DNA from: Phaeosaccion multiseriatum
Lineage: Eukaryota; Protista; Ochrophyta, other classes
Length of the DNA: 64,000 nucleotides
NCBI GenBank assembly: GCA_965112735.1
Contig: OZ218961.1
Location: 2,294,001-2,358,000, forward strand
Reading direction: 5' to 3'
The notes beneath the pieces are model-generated. The model saw only the letters and a list, made by a program, of their open reading frames with translations. It did no database searches and had not been told where the DNA came from. Each line of letters begins with the position of its first letter. Within the stretch, counting starts at the first letter, position 1. The translations under genes were made by a program, and so were the position numbers. This document shows positions 37,801 to 51,300 of this stretch, one piece after another.

Positions 37801-39151
37801 GATGGGAGGAGAGACGGCCGGAGAGGCTCTGCGTAAAATGCTTTCTGAGCCTCCCATGTCAAGGCTCAACATCGGCCCCTTTCCCCACAGCCCCGGGAGT
37901 AGAAGCTCGGGGGCGCTTCGCCCCACGAAGCCCTGCTATAATGCTCCGTGAGGAAGGCGAAAGCGTTTCGTGCGGGTGTGGGAGAGCATGAATACTTGAA
38001 GGAGTGTTTGTTTCCTGTAAGTACCCTTGGGGAGAGGGAAACGGCAAACCCCAACAACACAACGCCCTTCTTCAGACTATTGAGGGGCGGGCGCCCGGGG
38101 CCCTCTCCTCTTCTGCATCACGTTATGTAATCTTACGTGAGGAGCCCACGCGGGGGGTTTGGTGCCGCCGATCAGACTCGCTTCACTCACTCAGTTCGTG
38201 GGGGGGGGGGGAAGCGACAAGGGCACGACTGAAATTGAAACTGCTTGGCTCGCGGGGGGGGCAATTTGACTCGCTCGCGGAACCGTTCGCCCGGCTTTGG
38301 CCGACAGTTTCAGGGTGCCCTGTCCATTCCTGCGTCTCTGTCGCAGCGAGCGAGATGGCCCCTGCCTGAGGGTCAGGACTGAGACGGGCGGACGAGAAGG
38401 AGGATGGGAAGGAGGCATGCGGTACAGTTGAAGGCTTTGGCTTCAAAGGCTTTAGCTTGGTATATCGTCTTCACACACATGAGTAGTCTGTATGGATGAG
38501 ACCGATGCCGCTCTTATAGCTCTCTTATCACTCTCCCGCTTGTATACATCAGTGTTGTTGCAAAAAGGAGGTTGTGAGAGGGTGGGGAAGGAGGCATACA
38601 ATGTAGATATAGAGGCCTTGGTTGCATGTGGTCCATAACATACAGAGGCCTTGGTTGCGTTATGATCCGTAAAGTCAAGCAGCGAACGGCTTTGCTGCCG
38701 TGCTGCCAACGCGCCCCCCGCCCCCTTTCATTTCTTAAAAGTGATTCCTACTAAGTCAATGATTCCTACTAAGTCAACACGCGATAATTAAGTCCCCTCC
38801 TACCGCACAGTTGCAGTGGAGGCTTCCTGCTCGGCCGAGCGAGTGCCGCGGGAGGGGAGAAACTCAACGCGATGAAGAAGGATGAATTGAACAGAATAAA
38901 GTCATCTCTCTTTCTTTCTCTCTTCTATTAGCACTTGTTTACAGTTTCATTCTCCGACGCCTTCTCCGTCACCGCGTGTGGACGAGGAAAAACATGTCGC
39001 GCAATCCAACCGTTGCGTAGGCAGGAAAGCAAGCAAGCCAGCATCATCGGAGCTAGACCCCTCTGCTGCCATCCCCTCCCTCCTCCCCACAAGAGCCCGG
39101 TGCCGTCAAAACAGTCAAATTCAAACTGCCTCTACCCATATGCCCGCCCGA

Positions 39152-40600
39152 CTATGCCTGGAAGTCAGCCTCCTCCGCCCCGTCCTTCACCTCCTCAGCC
39201 TCAGCCTCAGCCTCACCGTCCGCCGCCACCTCCACGTTCTCCTCATCATCCTCATCGTCATCATCATCCATACCGGCGAACGGGTCCGCCTGGGGTTCCT
39301 GCCCCCTCTGCCTCCTCATCTCCATTCGCTCGAGATCGTCCTGGATGAGCTGCTGCTCGTTCATCTCCGCTCTGGGAGGGATGTAGGGCAGCTTGAGGAG
39401 GGCGGCGGCGCTCTTGCCCCTAACTCTGGTGGAGGACGTGTACTTGGTGAGGTCTACGCCGTACTTCTTGGCACACGCGTCCAAGCCCAGCTTGTCCACG
39501 GTGCGCAGCGCCTGGTGATGCAGGAGTTGGTGGTACGGTGGGTGGGTGGGGGAGTAGGAGTAGGAGTAGGGGAGGAGGAGGAGGAGGAGGAGGAGGAGGA
39601 GGAGGGAGGCACCAGGTGCGGGAAGTTAGGTGGGGATAGCGCAAGAGATGGGCAGGCTGCAACAAGAGGCCGGATAGAGACGGGACAAGGAACGAACGAA
39701 GGAAGCGACGGGCTTCGTCTTGTCCACCGCCGATGCTTGTCTGCTCTGCTGTGCTCTGCTGTGCCGATATGCCTCTGCTCTGCTCTTGCTTGCTCACCTT
39801 GGCGGATAGCCTGATCTTGACCATTCGGTTGCCCTCCACCCACCACAGACGCTTCTTCTGCAGGTTGACGTGTTGAACCTGACGCAAGGGAAGGAGGTGT
39901 GAGGGAGGGGGAGGGGTCGTGCTCAGAACAAGGCAGGGCAGCAACGGCACAGTAATGGCAAACATTGATCTCCTGTCATGCCGAACGACGGGTACTCATG
40001 TACATGCGCAGCACAGATGGAAAGGATCTGAGTCTGAAGGCCTGCAGTCAGGAGAACGCTGACTGACTGACTGACTGACTGGCTGACTGACTGACCGACT
40101 GATGTATGACTATACTTGGCGGCGACGGGCGACGTGAACGCCGTCGAGCGGGGGGCAGAGGGGCAGCAAGGCAGGATGGCAGCATATGGCCGGCAACGAG
40201 CAGAGCCACCCCTCCTCGCTCCTGCCCTGCATTACCCGTTCCGCCCGCACCACGCACCATCCGCTGCCATCCTTCCGTCCTGCCTCATGTCATCCTTCCT
40301 TCCTGCCTCATGTCCTGATATGATGCTCCACGCCGCAACTTGGCTCCTCTTCACGCCCTCACCCACTTCAGTCTCATCCCCCTCACTCACTCCTTCCCTC
40401 CCTCTCTTCACTCCCCTCACTCACTCACTCCCCCCACTCACTGACTCACTCCTTCCCTTCCTCACCTTGTGGATCCTCTTGTGTGAGAAGGTGACAACGC
40501 GTGCCTTGCGGTTGGCCTTCTTGCCGGTCATCTGGCACACGCGGCTCATGTGCAGGGAGGACGCGCCGTTGCTTCGGCTGCTGCTGGTGGCGCGCTGTGT
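39152..40600 (-). CDS. rpl28: Ribosomal protein bL28, plastid/cyanobacterial type, nucleus-encoded (upstream targeting exon(s) unresolved)
   Basis: MSRVCQMTGKKANRKARVVTFSHKRIHK|VQHVNLQKKRLWWVEGNRMVKIRLSAK|ALRTVDKLGLDACAKKYGVDL. Two phase-0 introns. Ser/Arg-rich N-terminal extension. Confidence 0.9.
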
Positions 40601-42086
40601 CTGTAGAGAGAGAGAGAGAGGGTGAGGAGGGGGAGGAGGAGGTCGCGGAGGAGGAGGTCGAGGAGGAGGAGGAGGAGAGGAGGAGGAGGGGGGGGGGGCG
40701 AAGGGGGTGAGCCGTAAGGGGTGGAGCAGTGGGGGGTGGCATGCGAGTGGAAGGCTCTCTCTGGGAAAGGAATGGACACGGCGGCAAAGGGCCAAGGCCC
40801 ACCCGCCCGCACACAAACACACACACACACGTAACGAGTCCACCGGAGGGACAGAGCACGGTCGTCGGAGTCAAAGCACCGCCCCACGTCTGCCCAGCCA
40901 GTCAAAAGCACCTTCCTCCCCCCGTGCATTCCGAGTGAGATACATGAAAAGGTCCTTTCCAACGGAAGGCAAAGGCCTAACGCTCTGCCCCCACCGGCTT
41001 CTCCATTTCCCTTCCCTCGCCAATCGAAAGCAGCACGCAACTGCCCTCCTTGCGCGGAGAAGGCTGTTGGGCGGGAAAAGCTCCCTCCCCAGCACCACCC
41101 GCGGCGCATGAAGAGAAGGAAGACGCAAAAAGACGGCCAGGCCGTGCTCTGTTCTGCCGTCCAACAGGTACGCCCCCCCCGCCCCGAGTCCATCGGCAGG
41201 GTCGTGGACAAGAAACGCTGCGAGTAGCCCGTCCACCCTCTGTCGTAGAGACTGCGTGTGGGGGCAAAACCGCCTCCGGTGATCCCGAGATGGGGCAGAG
41301 CTCCTCCTCGCCGAGGCAAGAGAGGGCAGCCCCCCCCCGCCTTTTCCGTCCTCCTCCTTCTCCCATCTTCATCATCTCCCTGCCGTGGACTCCCCACTAC
41401 TGCCGTTGCTACAGGGGTGCTTGAGAGCTTCCTCTGCTGACCCCTCGTTACGCCATGCTCGGGCCCAGGATGAGTCATATCTCTCTCCCCAAGTCTCCCG
41501 CCCGTGCCTTACCCCCCGCTATGAGCAGCGAAGGCTGATGCACCGTCCGCGAAGCCTACTCCTTCTCTGGAGCGCTGGTGCTAGAGTACTGTACGTACCG
41601 CTCGCAGAGACGCACGATTTTGTTCACCATACGCATGTTTCAATTGCCAGTCAGTCACTTACCACTGCTGCTCCGGTGAAGGAGGGGGCCACGAAGGCCG
41701 TGGCCATCTGGAGGCATCCTACCACCAGGCATGTAATCGCTGCCGCCTGAACGCGCATCCTGGTTCCTGTGCTGTTGGGTCTCGCCTGTCTCTCCTACGC
41801 GAGGCTGGGACTGACGGAGAAAGCTTCGCTGTTGGGCAGGGGGGGAAGAGGCACGGGAGATCCAAGAGTCAGAGAGGCAGGTCCTTTGCTACGGTCCAAG
41901 CAAGCCTTGCCGCACCTTTGTCGCACGGACACAGAGTGTGGCCTGCAGGGCAAAGGAAAGAGCGGCCCGAGGGGGCTGACCATCCAATTTCCACTCACAC
42001 GGATTCTCAACCAAAAGGAAAAAAAAAAAAAAAAAAAGCGCTGAAGGAGTTGTAATTAAGCAACGAGGTGGACAGCAAGCAATAAT

Positions 42087-43494
42087 ATGTGGGTACACAG
42101 TGCTCTCCTCGCGTGTCTGGCTGTCGGTGCGGTGCACGGTGCTCCTCTGCGCGTGAAGCTGGAAAAGCGATCGGATGTGGAATTTGTCAACACCAAACTC
42201 AAGTCGTCTAGGTGAGACTTTTCTTCTCTCCTCTCTCCTCTTGCCCTGGCGGCAAGCTCCTCTCTCATTTTGGTGTAAGCGCTGGCCACATCCCCACTCT
42301 CACAGCCTCAGATCACCCATCTATGCCGTAGTACTGCTGTCGAAAGGCATCTGCTTTGCTCCTCCACGCCACTGCAGCAGAGACCCGTGAGCTGTTCTCT
42401 TCTTCTGACGCCTACCGCCCCCCCCGCTCCCTTCGCCAACCCCCTCCCCACCCCCTCTCTACGCTCTCCTCCTCCTCTCCCGCCCCAGCGTTGCCGTAAC
42501 AGCAGACAGCCCCGAGGAGCCCCTTCGCCTTGAAGGAGCGGGCAAGGTCATCGTCAAAGACTACCAGGTGGGTCCGGTGCGGTGCATGAGAGAGAAGAGA
42601 GGACAGCTTAGTGAAACCCCTCTCCGGAAGTAGGCCCTCTAATAGAACACCAGAGCCGACATGACTGCGCCGGACCGCTCTCAGATGGGACGGACTGTTC
42701 CTTCTTTCCGATGCGGAACGGTCCTCGGCCTCCATACACTCCCCGTCGCCCCCCCCGGCTGCCGTACCTACTGCCCTCCTTGTGATCTCTCGCACAGCAC
42801 CTGCGCACTTGTGCCTTCTTACCCCGCATGCCTGCGCTTTTCCCGCTCCGCCCGTTACCTGCCGGTGCGCCAACCTTGTACCCTCCTTCTCTCCTCCTCC
42901 TTCTCTCCTCTTCCCTCTCTCCTCCTCCCTCTCTCCTCCCCCTTCTTTTCTCCCCCGCCCCTCCCCCCCAACAGAATGCGCAATACTTTGGCGCCATCAG
43001 CTTGGGCGAGCCTGCGCAGACGTTCAATGTCATCTTCGACACGGGCAGCGCCAACCTGTGGATCGCAGGCAAGAAGTGTGGCCTCAGCTGCGGCTTCCAC
43101 CACAAGGTAACGAAATGATGGCAGAGGGTGGGGAGAGGGTGGGGAGATGGCACTACAGGGCACTAGATGGCAGCACATGGCACTGGGTGGGGGGCGGGGG
43201 AGAGAGTCAGAGGGAGGGTCAGCGGTTAGCAGGGCAAGAGGAAATGGAGATAGGACGGGCTTCAGCAGACGAAGAGGGACGCCCTTCGCCGTCCTGACAC
43301 CCCCCATACCCTGTCCTGACACCCCCCAGTACGACTCCAAGAAGTCCTCCTCCTACACGGAGGACGGCCGCACCTTCAACATCGCCTACGGCAGCGGTCC
43401 CGTGTCGGGTTACTATAGCGCAGATGGGCTTAGCTTGGGGGAGGTCAGCGTCACTGGGCAGACCTTTGCCGAAGTGACGGATGCCAAGGGACTC

Positions 43495-43542
<48 letters not shown>

Positions 43543-43853
43543 AGGAGAGAAGGGGTATTGTGTATGGGCAGGGGGCGAGAGTAATCAATTTTGCGACCGT
43601 TGTTTCCAGCACTTACTTGTTTTCTCAATCCCACTACTTCACCTTGCCCCTCCCTCCCTCCCTCCCTTTCTCTTGTCCACTGCCATCCCCCCGTCCCTGG
43701 CAGGCCTGGCTTACATTATTGGAAAGTTCGACGGCATCTTGGGCCTGGCATTCGATGCGTAAGTGTGTGTACGTGGGCGTGGTTGGGTGGGTGTGGGTGT
43801 GTGTGTGTGGGTGTGTGTTTAGTGGGTGCGTGTATGTCTGTGAGGGCGGTAGG

Positions 43854-43889
<36 letters not shown>

Positions 43890-44242
43890 CTAGGGATGGG
43901 ATGTACACAAGAGAGGCGAAGCAATGGATGCCAAACCCTATGCCCTACCCTCCCTTCCTCTCTATCCGTATTCCTCCAAATCCCCCCCCCCCCTTCCTCC
44001 CTTCTCTAACGGTGATCCCCTCCCGTACACATATGCCCATATGCCTCTATCCCCTCCATCACCCCCCCTCCCCTCCCTTCTTCCTTCTGCGTGCCGTTGC
44101 GGGTCTCCGCGTTGGGATGTGCATGCATTGATTGAGCAGCATCAGCGTGGATGGAGTGCCCACGCCCTTCTCTAATCTCATTGAGCAGGCGGGCATTGAC
44201 GAGCCGGTAAGGAACAGTAAGCGTAAGCGTGTGTGTGCGAGT

Positions 44243-44286
<44 letters not shown>

Positions 44287-46685
44287 GTGTGCGTGTGTGT
44301 GCGTGTGTGTGTGCATGCGCGTGTTGAAGTGCGTGTGTAAGCGTGTAAGCGTGAGCGTGTGTAAGTGCGTAGTCTTGCCGTGACTCTCACGCAGTCACAA
44401 CGGCGCTCACCCGCCTCCTTTCCTCCTTCTCTCCCTCCCTTCCTCCGTCCCTCCCTCCTTGCTCACCTCTGACCCACCTCCCGTCCCTGCCTGCCTACCT
44501 GCCTGCCTGCTGCCTATCGCTCTGCCGCTGTCGGCCCCTCTGTTTAACGAATGATTAACTGAATGCCCTGTGAACACACGTCAACACGTTGTACTGACGG
44601 GACAGGTGTTCGCGTTCTACCTGGGCAACGAGTCCGACGGCGAGCTGGTACTTGGAGGCGTTGACGACTCGCACTTCACCGGGGAGCTCACTGACGTGCC
44701 CCTCAAGGTCAGACACTCACCAAGGGCCTCCTTGACCTCCTTCATGTTAGGGCGGTGTCTGGGGTCAGGCAGTTTGCGGTTTCAGTTGGCAGTTTATGTG
44801 ACCTTATGACCTTATCAATATCGAACACCATAAATGGATTCGATACGACGAAGGCAGTAAGGTAGTAAGGCGTGATGCAGGTGGTCAGTAGTGCCTGGTG
44901 TCCGGCGAGTTGGTCAGTGCCTGGTGTCAGGCAGGGACTTGGGATGGGGGCAGTCAGGAAGAGTACCTGGGATGGTCAGTGAAGCCTGCTCACTCTCCAC
45001 CTTTCCTTTGGATTGGGAGAAGTAATGCCGCCGGAAGTGCACACACACACCCTCCAACGCCCTCCCTCTCCCCCCCCCTCTTGCCCCCTTCCTCCCCCTC
45101 CCTCTCCCTCTCCACCTCTCTCCCTCTGTCGTGAAATCGATACGGCCCTTGCCTACGTGTGTGCGTGTGCGTGTGTGTGCGTGGGTGCGTGTTTCCAGTC
45201 GGCAACTTACTGGGAGATCGAGCTCGACGAAGTGGCCGTGGAGGGGGCCTCCATCAACACACAAGTGCACTCAGCCATCGTAGACAGGTCCGTCAGGCAT
45301 ATGGGTAGGGCAGGTGTAGGGCAGGTGTATGGATATGGAAAGGTGTATGGGCAGGAAGGAGGATGTGTGTGTGTGGTGTGTTGGTGGAGAAGGACGATAT
45401 ACATGCTGTCCCTCCCCTTCTTTCTCTCGTCTCCTCGGCTCTTGTCTGTTCCCGACCATGACCTTTGTCTCTCCCACTGTGCACGCACACACACGCACAC
45501 ACATGCCCCTCCGTCTTTCCCTCGTTTACACACTCGCTCACCCCCGCCCCTCTCTCCTCTCCCCTACCATCCCCTGCCACCCCCCCATATGTCAGTGGGA
45601 CGTCCCTGCTGGTGGGCCCTTCCTCGGAGGTGGCTGCAATCGCCAAGTCTGTAGGAGCAACCAAGTTCATTAACGGGGAGGTGAGGGAGCGATGGCAGTG
45701 GATGGCAGTCCATTACGGTTGGGTTGGCTGGGGCTGGGACTGGCATTGGTGTCAGGACGGGACGGGTATTAGGGTTGGGGACGGCAATAAATGCCCCTCT
45801 GCTCCTCTCATATGCCTCTCACTAAACCCCATGCCCGCCCCGTGCTTCTCTCTGCTTCTCTTTGCTTCTCTTTGCCCCTCTCCGCCTCTCTTCTTCTCTC
45901 TACCCTTCCTGTCCTCCCACCCTCCCTTCCTCCCCCTCCTTTCTCTGTATCACCAACTCCCTCACCTCAGTATCTGGTGAGCTGTGACGCCGCCCTGCCC
46001 ACACTGACCTTCACTATCGGAGGGACGGACTACTCGCTGAAGGGGGAGGACTACATCATCCAGAGCGGCAAGGTGTGCCTCCTCGCACTCATGGGCATGT
46101 AAGTATCAAGTGCACGCGAGTATTGTGTTTTGACTTACGCAAGGTTCTGGATCGTGTCGGTCCTGTGTAACTGTGTAACTGTCTTGCTGCCGTCTTCTAA
46201 CTGCCCTCTAACTGCCGTCTAACTGCCGTCTGACTGTCGTCTAGCTGCCGTCTAGCTGCCGTCTAACTGCCGTCTAACTGCCGTCTAACTGTCGTCTAAC
46301 TGTCGCTCTGCCCGTCCCTCCCGTCTTGCCGTCGCCGCAGGGACATCCCTGAGCCCAATGGTCCTCTCTGGATCCTCGGCGATGTGTTCATGTGAGTGCC
46401 GTACAACCAACCCGGGATACACAAGTCGATCCCCTCCCCTGCCCGCCCCCTATCCGTCTCTTGCGTCCCCACCATAGGTGGTCTCCCATTCTTTGCAGGC
46501 CCGTGTACCCGTCTGTCTTGCCTCGATGATTTCTGGTGCTCTCTGTCTCTTTCTCACTCTAACCCCCTCTTTCCTTCCACCTCTCTTGTCTCCCGCTCCC
46601 CCTCTTGTTCCTCTCTCTCTCCATATCGCTTCTCTCTCTCCCTCCTACCCCCCTCCTCTCTTGCTCTCTCACTCTCCATCTTGCT

Positions 46686-46729
<44 letters not shown>

Positions 46730-46799
46730 GCACAGGCGCAAGTACTACGTGGTGTTCAACTACGGGGAGAAGAAGATCAGCATCGCCCCTTCCACTTAG
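42087..46799 (+). CDS. Cathepsin D-like aspartic protease (pepsin family A1) with signal peptide
   Basis: [18 protein letters not shown] signal; [25 protein letters not shown] flap, [36 protein letters not shown]. Stop at 46797-46799. Confidence 0.95.
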
Positions 46800-47396
46800 G
46801 CCAAGCAAGAGGCGAGCTTGTCAGCTTGTCAGCTTGTCAGCTGGTCAGCTGGTCAGCTTGTCAGCTCGTCAGCTTGTCAGCTGGTCAGCTCGTCAGCTTG
46901 TCAGCTGGTCAGCTTGTCAGCCCTCCCGTCCATGTCCACCTCACCTCACCCCACCCCACCCTTGTTTCTATATCCACTGTACATGACCTCTATTGGCATC
47001 TATCACATCTGTAAGCATACGATCGTAGCGAAGAGCGAGCTAGGCAGCACAGCCAGGATGAAGGGCCCGGCCCCTCTCGTAGTGAGGGCCTTGTATGGCA
47101 CCACCCCGTCCTCTCTCTCTCTCTCTACACACACGCCTTGTAAAGTTCAAAGTGGCGGAGGAGGCAGATGCTTTATACCCTCCACAAATTAAAAGTAAAT
47201 ATATGATTTTACTCCCATGGTTGCGTACTGCTCTTGCCATGTGCTGCCATCTGGCCTTACAGCCCAAGCAGATGGAGGGAAGGAGGGAGGAAGCGAGGTT
47301 GACTAACTCTGGCACACGAGCGAACCATAAGTGCACTACGGTAACAGCAACTGTAGCAGGGAAGAAGAGAGGAAGGAGGTTGGAGTAGGAATTATG

Positions 47397-48314
47397 CTAA
47401 TGGAGTCCATACTGGGCACCACGGATGGCACCAGAGGGTACATGTAGGTATCCTCTACGGTTGCTTCCTACGAGCCCCCGGGACACACTGTGGCGACAAG
47501 GGGCGGGCAGGCTGGTGGCCCGATGCAGTCGTCGTCAAATTGTCACTCATGGCCAAGTGCTTGTGTATCTGTTTGTCAATCATGGCCAGCCCAATTGTTT
47601 CTTCAATTTTTTGTCACTCATGGCCAAGTGCTTGTGTATCTGTTTGTCAATCATGGCCAGCCCAATTGTTTCTTCAATTGTTTGTCACTCATGGCCAAGT
47701 GCTTCTGTATCTGTTTGTCAATCATGGCCAGCCCAATTGTTTCTTCAAATGTTTGTCACTCATGGCCAAGTGCTTCTGTATCTGTTTGTCAATCATGGCC
47801 AGCCCAATTGTTTCTTCAATTGTTTGTCACTCATGGCCAAGTGCTTCTGTATCTGTTTGTCAATCATGGCCAGCCCAATTGTTTCTTCAATTGTTTGTCA
47901 CTCACGGCTCCACCTCTTCGCAAGCGGGCTCTCCCGCGCACATGTTGATGATATCACACGTGAGGGTGGGGTTGTTGGTCAGGAATTGCTGGGCACCTGA
48001 GGGATTGGGAATACAGAGGGAAGGCGGGAGGGGGGGAGGGAGGGAGGGAGGGAGGGAGGGGAGGGCGGAGGCGAGGGAAGGAGGGAGAGAGAGGTGAGGG
48101 AGGCGAGAGAGGAGACACAGGGACAAGGACAAGCACAGGGGGTCCGAGGGGGGGTGGCAGTGAGCGAGGAGGAGAGGGCAGAGAGGGAGGAGAAGGTGGC
48201 ATTGTTCACCACGCACGCACATATCACGCACACACATACACAGACATACACACACAGAGAGAGAGAGAGAGACAGGGGCAAGGACAAGCACAAGGGGTTG
48301 AAGGGGGGTGGCGG

Positions 48315-48377
<63 letters not shown>

Positions 48378-51300
48378 CACACACACCTGCTTCGAGGAAA
48401 CATGCGCGGCAGTCTTGGCCAAGGCCGAAGAAGTTGCAGAGAATGCCATCAAAAGAGGTGCCTTCTTCCGAGCAGGTGGGGTCGCAGTACAGCTCTGTGG
48501 GTGTGCGGTAGGGGGGGAGCGAGCGAGCGAGCGAGGGAGGGCGGGAGGAAGGAAGGAAGGAAGGAAGGAAGGAAGGAAGAAAAGAAGGGAGGAAGAAAGG
48601 AGAGAAGGAAGAAAGGGAGGAAGGAAGGGAAGAAGGGAGGGAGGGAGGGAGGAAGAAAGGAAGGAAGGAAGGAAGGAAGAAAGGAAGAAAGGAAGGATGG
48701 AAGGAAGGAAGGAAGGAAGGAAGGAAGGAAGGAAGGAAGGAAGGAAGGAAGGAAGGAAAGGGTGAAGGATTAGTCGGGGCAGACATTCACAGAGTCGAGA
48801 GTGAATCAAGTTTGAGAAAGCGCAAAAAAAGGGGGCGCGGCGGGCAGAGAGGTGGAGGTGATGCCTCCTCCTTTCCGAAGCTTCGAAACAAACCTTCCGT
48901 GACAGCACCCTCTCTCTTGCTGGCTACCCACAGGCCGCTCTTCTGTCCCAGTCTGTCTATCCGTGTGTGTGTGTGTGTGTGCGTGTGTGTGTCTCTGTCT
49001 GTCTGTCTGTCTGTCTGTCTTGTCTGTCTGTCATTCTATCCGTCTATCTGTCTGTCTGTCTGACTGTCCGTCTGTCCGTCCGTCTGTCTGTCTGTCAACC
49101 TGTCTTATCTCTGTAGTCTCTCCAGCGCGTTCTATATGTGCGGCACCACGCACCCTTACGTACCCTTACGTACCTTTATGGTTGTCATCAAGATAGGTCA
49201 TGTCCATGGGCGTGGCGAGGGCGTAGCAGTCCGAAGCCGTGGTGCAACCCCCAGAGCCGTCGGCCGCCGACAAAGGTGTCTCGGGCCTGCCTCCAAAGAA
49301 GACGGGAGAGGAGAGAGGAAACAGAGAGGTGAGGCGGAGTCTGAAGTCATAGCTAAGCACGCACACACAGAGAAAAAACACATACACAATCTCACACGCC
49401 CACATCCGCGTCCACACTCACGCATACGCAGGCACGCACACACACAGGCATACGCACGCACGCACATACACACGCACACACACACACACTCTCAGTGCCA
49501 CTGCCTGTGTGAAGTTGCAATGATTAAAGTAATGGAAACACCTCACTGCTGGCTGAACAAGGAAGGGTGTGTGACTGTGTGAGTACTGAGTACTTACCCT
49601 CCTGGTGAAGGCGCAGAGGTGTCATTTGCTGGAGAAGGCGCAGGGGTGGCACCTGCTGCTGGTGAAGGCGCAAGAGGGTCAAGTACCACCACGCAGTCAC
49701 CGCCGTCAAACAGGCATACTTCCGTGTCGTATGCTCCTCCGTCGCATTCACCGTCGCCAATCCACGAGCTGAGGGGGTGAGGTGCAACCAGCGGCGAGAA
49801 CAGGCAGGTTCAGCCAGGCGGAGAGAACAGAAAAAACACAAAACTTCTTACACCCCTCTTGCTGTCTCTCTGCAGAATGGAAAAGGGAACCACACAATCA
49901 AGAAGAAGGTAATTGTAGACGCGTGCGTGTACGAATGGAAGAGGGACAGCTGAATGATTAGAGATCGCACTTACGGGTTGTCTACCACACAGCCTGGAGG
50001 CAGTACAAATCCGAGGCAGTCACCGCCATCAAACTCTGTGAACACGCACAATCATGACCAAAGAGTCGAAGCGAAGGGGAGGAGCCATTAGAGGGCAGAG
50101 TAGAGCACAGTAGCTAGTGTCAAGCAGATTGGCTCACAGCTGGCGAGGCGTATCTGCAAATAGAGCTACCACCCATCCACCCCACTCACCGCACACTTCC
50201 GTGTTATAATCTCCTCCGTCGCACACGTTGTCGCCAATCCACGAGCTGAGGGGGTGAGGTGCAACCAGCGGCGAGAACAGGCAGGTTCAGCCAGGCGGAG
50301 AGAACAGAAAAAACACAAAACTTCTTACACCCCTCTTGCTGTCTCTCTGCAGAATGGAAAAGGGAACCACACAATCAAGAGGAAGGTAATTGTAGACGCG
50401 TGCGTGTACGAATGGAAGAGGGACAGCTGAATGATTAGAGATCGCACTTACGGGTTGTCTACCACACAGCCTGGAGGCAGTACAAATCCGAGGCAGTCAC
50501 CGCCATCAAACTCTGTGAACACGCACAATCATGACCAAAGAGTCGAAGCGAAGGGGAGGAGCCATTAGAGGGCAGAGTAGAGCACAGTAGCTAGTGTCAA
50601 GCAGATTGGCTCACAGCTGGCGAGGTGTATCTGCAAATAGAGCTACCACCCATCCACCCCACTCACCGCACACTTCCGTGTTATAATCTCCTCCGTCGCA
50701 CACGTTGTCGCCAATCCACGAGCTGAGGGGGTGAGGTGCAACAAACGGCGAGAACAGGCAGGTTCAGGCGGAGACACAAAAACAAAACTAGTACGAAGAG
50801 ATTTTCATTCGAGGAACGCCGCCCCCTCTTTATCTCTGAGGAATGAAAGCGGGATTAATACACACACAATACCAAAGTGTGTGTGTACGTGTGTGAACGA
50901 ATGGAAGAGGGGCAGCTGAATGATTAGTGATCGTACTTACGGGATGTCTACCACACAGCCTGGAGGCAGTACGGGTGCTGCTACGGGGCTTGACGTCTCA
51001 AATGATGTCTCAACTCCGACGCAGTCACCACCATCAAACTCTGTGGACACGCAAAATCACGGCAAGAGTTGGAGCGAAGGGGAGGAGCCATTAGAGGGGC
51101 AGAGTAGAGCAGAGTAGCTAGTGTCAAGCTGGTCGGGGAGAGGAGAGAAAAAAAATAGAGCTAGCTACCACCCACCCACTCACCGCATACTTCCGTGTTA
51201 TATTCTCCTCCGTTGCAGAAGTCGTTACCAATCCACGATCTGAGGGGGCGAGGTGCAACCAGCGGCGAGAACAGGTTCAGGCGGATAGAGACAAAAACAA

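Noticed and set aside
38428-38780. Possible solo LTR plus short tandem duplications (TGATTCCTACTAAGTCAA x2; AGAGGCCTTGGTTGC x2)
   Set aside because: The termini are not a clean TG..CA and there is no TSD; evidence is insufficient.
47541-47905. Possible CRISPR array or repeat-protein ORFs
   Set aside because: Head-to-tail 71-bp units with no unique spacers; the period is not a multiple of 3; intronic.
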